Made by a program: the position numbers and the translations under genes. A stretch of 64,000 bases of DNA from Candidatus Multivoradales bacterium (lineage in GTDB: Bacteria > Acidobacteriota > Thermoanaerobaculia > Multivoradales > JAHEKO01). Of this stretch, positions 57,445 through 64,000 are shown one piece after another (position 1 is the stretch's first letter; every line of letters begins with the position of its first letter). The notes under the pieces were generated by a model. It was given only the letters and a program-made list of their open reading frames with translations, was not told the origin of the DNA and did not search any database. The DNA is taken from assembly GCA_965223155.1 (NCBI GenBank), contig CBDCVR010000013.1, positions 992,001 to 1,056,000 on the forward strand, in the 5' to 3' direction.

Positions 57445-58887
57445 CTAGCCGGCCACCTCCGGCATCCAGCCGGCCAGCTGTTCCTTGACGGCCGCGTGCT
57501 CGGCCGCCGCCGCGAGGTTGATCCACTCGTTGGGGTCGCTGTCGTGATCGTAGAGCTCTTCCGAGCCATCGGCGTACCGGATGTAGCGCCAGCGCGAATC
57601 GCGCACCCCATGGCTGTCGGCATCGGCGGTGGTGATCGCCGGCAGCGGCCAGTCGGCGGCCGGGTTCTGGATCAGTGGCCGCAGCGAACGGCCTTCGACG
57701 TGCCCGGGAACTCCCACACCGCAGAGGTCGCAAATCGTCGGATAGAGGTGCATGAGGTCCACCGGAGCCGCGCTGAGCTCTCCGGGCGTAGCCATCCCGG
57801 GCGAGCGCAGGATGAAGGGAACTTGGGTGGCCTGCTCCCACAACTGGTACTTGTGCCACGCGCCCTTCTGGCCATGGTTGAAACCGTGGTCGCTCCAGAG
57901 CGCCACGACGGTGGTGTCCGCCTGTCCGCTGCGCTCGAGAGCGTCCAGCACCCGGCCCAGCATGGTGTCGATGAAGTACGTGGCCGCCAGGTAGGAGACC
58001 ACCGCCCGCCGCCATTGCCGGCTGGCCCGGATCCGGCGGAAATGGCTGTGGAAGGAGCGCAGCCGCGCGTGGCGCGGCACGTCCCGACGATCGTTGGCCA
58101 GGACCTCGGGCAGATGCACCTTGGCCGGATCGAAGGCCCGGAAGTAGCGCTTGGGCACGAACCAGGGCAAATGGGGCTCGAAGAAGCCGACCGCGAGAAA
58201 CCAGGGCTCCTCCCCAGCCGCCTCCAGCTTGCGCTCGGCCCAGGCCGCAAGCTGGCCGTCCCACATCTCAGCGTCCGGGATCGCGACCGGCCCCCAGTTG
58301 AGCATGGAGTCCTCGTTGAAGCCGTAGCGCTTGGGAGCCGCTCTCCGGCCGAAGAGATCCGGCACCTCGGGGGTGAAGAAGTCGTCAAAGACCGAGTCGC
58401 GCACCTCGTGGAAGATCTTGCCGCCCCCGGCCACGCGGTAGCCGGCCGCCCGGAAGTGCGCCGGCAGCGAGCCCCGCAGCAGATCCAGGGGAAACGGATC
58501 CGAGTTGGTGCGCACGCCGGATGTCCAGGGCCGCACGCCGGTCAGAACGGCCGTGCGCGACGCGTTGCAGTTGGTGCCCGGACTGTAGGCACGGCGGAAG
58601 AGCCGTCCGGAAGCGGCCAGCCCGTCCAGATTGGGAGTGCGCGCGTCCGGGTGGCCTCCCAGGCAGCCGACCCAGTTGTTGAGATCGTCGATCGAGATCA
58701 GGAGCACGTTTGGACGGCGGCGCGATCCGCACCCGGCCAAACTCAAGGCCCCGCTCGTGGCGAGAGCGAGCGAGCCGGCGCCCGCCAAACCCCATCGCAG
58801 GATGCCCCGGCGAGTTCTCTCCGTCTCGACCCCGGCCGCGACACCCCGCCTCTTTTTGACTCTCTTGCCAGTCTCGGTTCGTTTCAT
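57445..58887 (-). CDS. Sulfatase (iduronate-2-sulfatase-like), probable Tat lipoprotein
   Basis: PNVLLISIDDL; TPNLD; CNASR; GKIFH; PHLP; WSDHG; TRRGIL plus LAGC. Start uncertain, but must lie before the tRNA. Confidence 0.88.
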   Translation of the reverse strand: MKRTETGKRVKKRRGVAAGVETERTRRGILRWGLAGAGSLALATSGALSLAGCGSRRRPNVLLISIDDLNNWVGCLGGHPDARTPNLDGLAASGRLFRRAYSPGTNCNASRTAVLTGVRPWTSGVRTNSDPFPLDLLRGSLPAHFRAAGYRVAGGGKIFHEVRDSVFDDFFTPEVPDLFGRRAAPKRYGFNEDSMLNWGPVAIPDAEMWDGQLAAWAERKLEAAGEEPWFLAVGFFEPHLPWFVPKRYFRAFDPAKVHLPEVLANDRRDVPRHARLRSFHSHFRRIRASRQWRRAVVSYLAATYFIDTMLGRVLDALERSGQADTTVVALWSDHGFNHGQKGAWHKYQLWEQATQVPFILRSPGMATPGELSAAPVDLMHLYPTICDLCGVGVPGHVEGRSLRPLIQNPAADWPLPAITTADADSHGVRDSRWRYIRYADGSEELYDHDSDPNEWINLAAAAEHAAVKEQLAGWMPEVAG

Positions 58888-59019
58888 TCTTCTTGGGACC
58901 TCTTCGATTCGCGCTCTTCCGGGCCCAGGCACTTCCGGCTGACCCCGGCCGCCCGACCTGGGGGAAACGATCAGCGCATCATAGTCCCTCAGCGGCCCAT
59001 CCCGGCTCGGGACCGACGC

Positions 59020-59048
59020 TTGACCGCTCGGAAAGCCACCGATATCCT
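59020..59048 (+). promoter_or_regulatory. sigma70-type promoter of tRNA-Pro
   Basis: TTGACC-N17-TATCCT. Confidence 0.7.
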
Positions 59049-59097
59049 CGCCATTCTTTGGCGCCGGGGAGAGCCCGTCCCGGAGCCGGCGCCGAAT

Positions 59098-59174
<77 letters not shown>

Positions 59175-59341
59175 TTGTTTCGTGCCGCCGGTTGCAACCC
59201 GCGAACGAGGGAACCGGCGGCCCCGAGACCGAGCCGGCCAGGACTCGATCGCCTCCTCGAGGGCCAGCCCGAGCCGCCGACCTAGGCTAGAATGCTAGGT
59301 ACGCGCGGCCGCCAACGGGCCCGCCGCGGAAAGGGGTTTCT

Positions 59342-61129
59342 ATGGCCATCAAGACGCTTGCCGACATCTTCTTTCTGGTCGCCGAGCGGCCGAAGCCGGA
59401 CTGCCTGAAGCACAAGGTGGACGGCATTTACCGGGACGTGTCCACGGCCGAGCTCGTGGACGGCGTCCAGCGCCTGGCCACCGCGCTCGTCGAGTTCGGC
59501 ATCCAGCCCGGCGATCGCGTGGCGCTCATGGCCGAGAACGGTCCCCACTGGCCCACCATCGATTTCGCGAGCTTGACTCTCGGCGCGGTGTTGGCGCCGG
59601 TCTACCCCACCCTGACCGGCGACCAGGCGGCGTACGTGATCAACGACTGCGGCGCCGAGATCGCGTTCGTCCAGGGGCACGCACGGCTCGACAGCTTGCT
59701 CGAGGAACGATCCAACATGCCCGCCGTGCGCCGCTTCGTGGTCATCGACGACGAGCCCAAAGGCGACGACATTCCCACCCTGGCATCCGTGCTCGAGGGC
59801 AGCGAGCCGATGCCGCTCGACGAGTTGCGCCGCCGGGCCGAAGCGATCGAGCCCGATGATCTCGCCACCTTCATCTACACCAGCGGCACCACCGGCAACC
59901 CCAAGGGCGTCATGCTCTCGCACGGCAACATCGCGTCCAACGTCGAAGCCAATCTCAACACGCTCGAGATCGCCAGCCACCAGACCGCCTTGTCCTTCCT
60001 ACCGCTGTCGCATTCGTTCGAGCGCACCATCGACTACATCTACTTCGCCCAGGGCCTGACCGTCGCCTACGCCGAATCGGTCCAGACCGTGGGCGAGAAC
60101 CTCCAGGAGATCCGGCCCCACTTCTTCGTCTCGGTGCCCCGGGTCTACGAGAAGGTGCTGGCGCGGGTACGCGAGAACGTGGCCAAGAGCTCCTCGACCA
60201 AGCAGAGGATCTTCCGCTGGGCCGAAAGCGTGGCCCGCGACGCGTTGCCGTACCGGCTCCGCCGCGAGAATCCGCCGGGGCTGCTCGGCTTGAAGCTCAA
60301 GATCGCCGACAAGCTTGTCTTCGCCAAGCTGCGCGAGCGCCTGGGCGGCCGCTTCGAAGCAGCGACCTCGGGCGGGGCCCCGCTCGGTCGCGACGTCGCG
60401 GCCTTCTTCTGGGGCGCCGGCATCGAAATCTACGAGGGCTACGGCCTGTCGGAGACCTCTCCGGTCCTGACCGTCAACCGCCCGGGCAAGGCCAAGCTGG
60501 GCACCGTCGGCACGGCTATCCCGGGCGTTACCCTGCGCATCGCCGAGGACGGCGAGATCCTGGCCAAGGGACCCAACATCATGCAGGGCTACTGGAACCT
60601 GCCAGAGAAGACCGCCGAGGCGATAGACAGTGACGGCTGGTTCCATACCGGCGACATCGGGGAAATCGACGACGAGGGCTTCCTCAAGATCACCGACCGC
60701 AAGAAGGAGATCATCGTCAACGCCTACGGCAAGAACGTGGCGCCGGCACCGATCGAGAACGCCATCAAGTCCAGCCCGTACATCGAGCAGGCAGTGGTCA
60801 TCGGCGACCGGCGGAAGTTTCTCTCCGCCCTGATCGTGCCCGACTTCGCCACTCTCGACGTCTGGGCCGGCGAGCACGGATTGCGCAGTGATGACCGGAA
60901 GGCGCTGATCGGCGACGAGGCGGTTCGCGACCTCCTGTACCGGGAGATCGAGAGGGCCAACGAAGAACTCTCCAAGCACCAGCGGGTCCGCGCGTGGGAG
61001 CTCCTTCCGGATGAGTTCTCCATCGAGACCGGCGAGCTGACGCCGACCCAGAAAATCAAGCGCCGAGTCATCCAACAGAAATTCGGCACGGTCATCGACG
61101 AGGTCTACCGCCGAGCCGCCGAGGACTGA
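59342..61129 (+). CDS. fadD: Long-chain fatty acid-CoA ligase
   Basis: IYTSGTTGNPKGVMLSHGN; EGYGLSETSP; GWFHTGDIG; ITDRKKE; GELTPTQKIKR. Confidence 0.92.
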   Translation: MAIKTLADIFFLVAERPKPDCLKHKVDGIYRDVSTAELVDGVQRLATALVEFGIQPGDRVALMAENGPHWPTIDFASLTLGAVLAPVYPTLTGDQAAYVINDCGAEIAFVQGHARLDSLLEERSNMPAVRRFVVIDDEPKGDDIPTLASVLEGSEPMPLDELRRRAEAIEPDDLATFIYTSGTTGNPKGVMLSHGNIASNVEANLNTLEIASHQTALSFLPLSHSFERTIDYIYFAQGLTVAYAESVQTVGENLQEIRPHFFVSVPRVYEKVLARVRENVAKSSSTKQRIFRWAESVARDALPYRLRRENPPGLLGLKLKIADKLVFAKLRERLGGRFEAATSGGAPLGRDVAAFFWGAGIEIYEGYGLSETSPVLTVNRPGKAKLGTVGTAIPGVTLRIAEDGEILAKGPNIMQGYWNLPEKTAEAIDSDGWFHTGDIGEIDDEGFLKITDRKKEIIVNAYGKNVAPAPIENAIKSSPYIEQAVVIGDRRKFLSALIVPDFATLDVWAGEHGLRSDDRKALIGDEAVRDLLYREIERANEELSKHQRVRAWELLPDEFSIETGELTPTQKIKRRVIQQKFGTVIDEVYRRAAED

Positions 61130-61291
61130 CGGGCGGCCGACAGGGCCGGAGCCGCCCAAGCCGCCTCGCGCGCCTTCCGCGGCACGCTTCCCGGCTCGGG
61201 TGCCGGACCGGCGGCTCCTGGCTCTCGCGGCATCACCTACCCATCGTTCATCCGGTATCGTTACCGCCCCAACAGACCACCAGGAACATCC

Positions 61292-63433
61292 ATGGCAAAC
61301 TCAGTCTTCCAGCTCAGCATCGACGAAAACGGCCTGGCCACGGTCGTTTTCGATCATCCCGAACGCCGGGTCAACGTCTTCGACCAGCGCGCGATCCAGG
61401 ATCTCGACAGCCTTCTCACCGAGCTCGAGGACCGGGACGACGTGCGCTGCGCGATCCTGGCCTCGGCCAAGCCCGGCAGCTTCATCGTCGGCGCCGACGT
61501 CGAGGCCATCGCGCAGGTCACAGATCCCGCCGAGGCCGAGGAAGGCTCCCGGCTGGGTCACCGGCTCTTCGGCCGCTGGGACCGCCTGCCCTTCCCGACA
61601 ATAGTCGCGGTACGGGGCACCTGCCTGGGAGGCGGCATGGAGCTTTCCCTGGCTTCCAGCTATCTGGTCCTGAGCGATCGCGAGGACATCCGCGTCGGCC
61701 TGCCTGAGATCAAGCTCGGCATCGTACCCGGATGGGGCGGCTGCATCCGACTGCCGCGCAAGGTCGGACTGGCCGCGGCCCTCGACGCCATCCTCGCGGG
61801 CAAGTCACTGCGGCCCGCCAAGGCGTTCAAGATCGGCCTGGCCGATGCCCTAGTGCCCGATGCGACCTTCGAGCGCGAGGTCCGGCGCTTCGCCGAGAAC
61901 GTCCTCGCCGGCAAGCAGCCGCGGTCACGGCGGCCCTCGATGCGCGACCGACTGCTGGAAGGCAATCCGCTGGGCCGCAAGATCATCTTCGACCAGGCAC
62001 GCAAGCAGGTCTTGAAATCGACCAAGGGCCACTACCCCGCTCCTCTGCGCGCGCTCGAGGTAGTGCGCACTGGACTGGATGACTTCGACCGCGGCCTAGA
62101 CGCCGAAGCTCGGGCCATCGGCGAGCTCGCCGTGTCCCCGACCGCCAAGAACCTGATCCATCTCTTCCACCTCATGGAGGCGGCCAAGTCGGGTGGCTTC
62201 TTGGGCGACGAGGAACCGGCGGCCATTGGCTCGGTCGGCGTCCTCGGCGCTGGAGTCATGGGCGGTGGAATCGCCCAGCTCATCAGCGACAAGAAGGGTC
62301 TTCCCGTCCGGCTCAAGGACATCGGAACCGAGGCGCTGGCCAAGGGCTTCGAACACGCCGCCAAGCTCTTCGCCAAGCAGGTCAAGCGGCGCTGGCTCTC
62401 GAAGGCCGAGGCTCGCCGCAAACTGGCTCTGATTCGCGGCACCCTCGACTACAGCGGTTTCGACAGCGTGGATCTCGTCATCGAGGCCATCGTCGAGAAC
62501 CTGGATGTCAAGCAGAAGGTCTTCGCCGAGCTCGCGGGGGTGGTGCGCCCGGACTGCGTCCTGGCCTCCAACACCTCCTCGCTCTCGATCGACGCCATCG
62601 GTCGGGACGCCCAGCGGCCGGAGCGGGTCGTGGGCATGCACTTCTTCAACCCGGTGCACAAGATGCCCCTGGTCGAAGTCGTGGTGGGCGAGGCCACTTC
62701 CGCACACGCCGCCGATACGATTCTGGAGTTCTCGCGCCGGCTGGGCAAGACGCCGGTCATCGTCAAGAGCGGACCGGGCTTCCTGGTGAACCGACTGCTT
62801 GCCTTCACCATGGCCGAGGCCATGTGGCTCTTGGACGAGGGACACAAGATCGAGTCGCTGGACCGCGCGGTGTCGGCATGGGGAATGCCCCTGGGGCCCT
62901 GCGCGCTCACCGACGAGGTCGGCCTGGACGTCGCGGTCAAAGTCTCGCACATCCTGACCGAGGCCTTTCCGAAGCGCCTGACCTATCCCGGCTGGATGGA
63001 CCGCATGGTCGAGGACGGACGCCTCGGCGCCAAGGCTCAGAAGGGGTTCTACCGCTACGAAAAGGGCCGGCGTACCGAGCCCGATGCCAAGGTCTATGAC
63101 CTTCTCGGGCTCACCGGCCGCAGCGCTTCGACTCCCACCGAGCAAATCGCCGACCGCATCCTCCTGCCGATGGCCAACGAGGCCGCGCGCTGCCTCGAAG
63201 AGGGGGTCGTGCGGGACGCCGAGGACCTGGATCTCGCCATGATCTTCGGCACCGGATTTCCGCCGTTCCGCGGTGGTCTGTGCCGCTGGGCGGACTCCCA
63301 GGGGGTGGACCGGCTCGCCGAGGAGATGGAGCGCTGGGCCGTTTCGCTGGGCGAACGCTTCTTGCCCTCGCCCGCCTTCCGAGAAGTGGTCGAGGCGGGC
63401 GGCTTCTACGCGCGCCATTCCCGGCAACGCTAG
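61292..63433 (+). CDS. fadJ: Fatty acid oxidation complex alpha subunit (enoyl-CoA hydratase / 3-hydroxyacyl-CoA dehydrogenase)
   Basis: FIVGAD; CLGGGMEL; GLPEIKLG; GAGVMGGGIA; ASNTSSL; GMHFFNPVHKMPLVEV; GTGFPPFRGG. Confidence 0.93.
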   Translation: MANSVFQLSIDENGLATVVFDHPERRVNVFDQRAIQDLDSLLTELEDRDDVRCAILASAKPGSFIVGADVEAIAQVTDPAEAEEGSRLGHRLFGRWDRLPFPTIVAVRGTCLGGGMELSLASSYLVLSDREDIRVGLPEIKLGIVPGWGGCIRLPRKVGLAAALDAILAGKSLRPAKAFKIGLADALVPDATFEREVRRFAENVLAGKQPRSRRPSMRDRLLEGNPLGRKIIFDQARKQVLKSTKGHYPAPLRALEVVRTGLDDFDRGLDAEARAIGELAVSPTAKNLIHLFHLMEAAKSGGFLGDEEPAAIGSVGVLGAGVMGGGIAQLISDKKGLPVRLKDIGTEALAKGFEHAAKLFAKQVKRRWLSKAEARRKLALIRGTLDYSGFDSVDLVIEAIVENLDVKQKVFAELAGVVRPDCVLASNTSSLSIDAIGRDAQRPERVVGMHFFNPVHKMPLVEVVVGEATSAHAADTILEFSRRLGKTPVIVKSGPGFLVNRLLAFTMAEAMWLLDEGHKIESLDRAVSAWGMPLGPCALTDEVGLDVAVKVSHILTEAFPKRLTYPGWMDRMVEDGRLGAKAQKGFYRYEKGRRTEPDAKVYDLLGLTGRSASTPTEQIADRILLPMANEAARCLEEGVVRDAEDLDLAMIFGTGFPPFRGGLCRWADSQGVDRLAEEMERWAVSLGERFLPSPAFREVVEAGGFYARHSRQR

Positions 63434-63555
63434 GTCCGCGGCGCCGGCGCGCGCTGGGGTGCCACGACCTCAGCATCCCAAGGCGTTGCCAGGACGGCCG
63501 TCCGCCGGCGAGGACAGTCGGGAGCTGGATGGCGCCGCCGCCCGGTCTGAGGGCA

Positions 63556-63571
63556 TGGCCCGCGATTTGCT
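63556..63571 (+). promoter_or_regulatory. Possible sigma54 promoter
   Basis: TGGCCCGCGATTTGCT (GG-N10-GC), about 100 nt upstream of ATG 63673. Confidence 0.5.
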
Positions 63572-63672
63572 ACATTGCTGTGCATGCCATCCAAGGCAAG
63601 CACGGGATTTTCCATTCCGCGTCACTCCACCCAGCCCCCGGTCGCCCGGCTCGTCTTCCAAGGAGGTTCCTC

Positions 63673-64000
63673 ATGAGCACACGTTCCGCCCGTCTTCGCT
63701 GGTCCCGTCCCATGACACGCTCGCGCGCCGCACTGGTCTTGGGCACGGCATGCTTGATGCTGGCCGGATTGCCTCTCGCGGCCCAGGAACCGGCCGCGTC
63801 CACCGAGTTCGAAGGTACGGTCGATGTTCGCGAAGTGCTGCTCGACGTCCTCGTGACCGACGCCAACGGCAACGTCATCTTGGGTCTCGAACCTGCGGAC
63901 TTCCTGGTTGAGGAGGAAGGCGGCGCGGTCGACGTCACCAGCGCCACCTTCTACTCCAACCGGCGCTACGTCGAGGCCGCCGACATCGCAAGCCGGCTGG
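63673..64000 (+). CDS. Acidobacterial VWA-domain-type secreted protein, N-terminus only; runs off the window edge
   Basis: Not in the ORF track. AGGAGG RBS; MSTRSARLRW..LPLAAQEPAASTEFEGTVDVREVLLDVLVTDANGNVILGLEPADFLVEEEG. Confidence 0.8.
   Translation, partial: MSTRSARLRWSRPMTRSRAALVLGTACLMLAGLPLAAQEPAASTEFEGTVDVREVLLDVLVTDANGNVILGLEPADFLVEEEGGAVDVTSATFYSNRRYVEAADIASRL

Noticed and set aside
61130-61291. Missing thiolase (fadI) between fadD and fadJ
   Set aside because: No remnant is visible; it is probably encoded elsewhere, so this is uninformative here.

Overview
GC-rich (roughly 68-70% by eye) bacterial chromosomal segment. It is most likely Acidobacteriota (Thermoanaerobaculia-like), judged from the Oar-type TonB receptor, the acidobacterial VWA-type protein and a characteristic C-terminal domain at 25.1-25.4 kb. 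From left to right: (i) a respiratory cluster (0.6-6.3 kb) with a heme-copper oxidase whose active-site Tyr is replaced by Gln (eNOR-type NO reductase signature), a CuA subunit, an unannotated 47-aa subunit, an SCO protein, and a convergent cytochrome b-ferredoxin-MvhD fusion; (ii) a hidden UxxC thioredoxin-fold selenoprotein with in-frame TGA and SECIS-like hairpin (6457-7050); (iii) a ~15 kb block of uncharacterised genes (12.7-27.7 kb), with two secreted proteins sharing three copies of an unrecognised domain and a translationally coupled pair of ~1500-aa proteins, the first with a Tat motif, which is the best candidate for an undescribed system; (iv) AraC regulator, TonB receptor, CtaA-like protein and an intact IS5-family element; (v) housekeeping and metabolic genes (BtpA-PfkB-PsuG operon, PtrB, PPK2, MacAB-like ABC exporter, AmrAB, POT transporter, sulfatase, tRNA-Pro, FadD, FadJ). 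About ten genes have a -10 box exactly 6 nt before the start codon, suggesting leaderless mRNAs. All calls come from motif recognition by eye; no searches were run.
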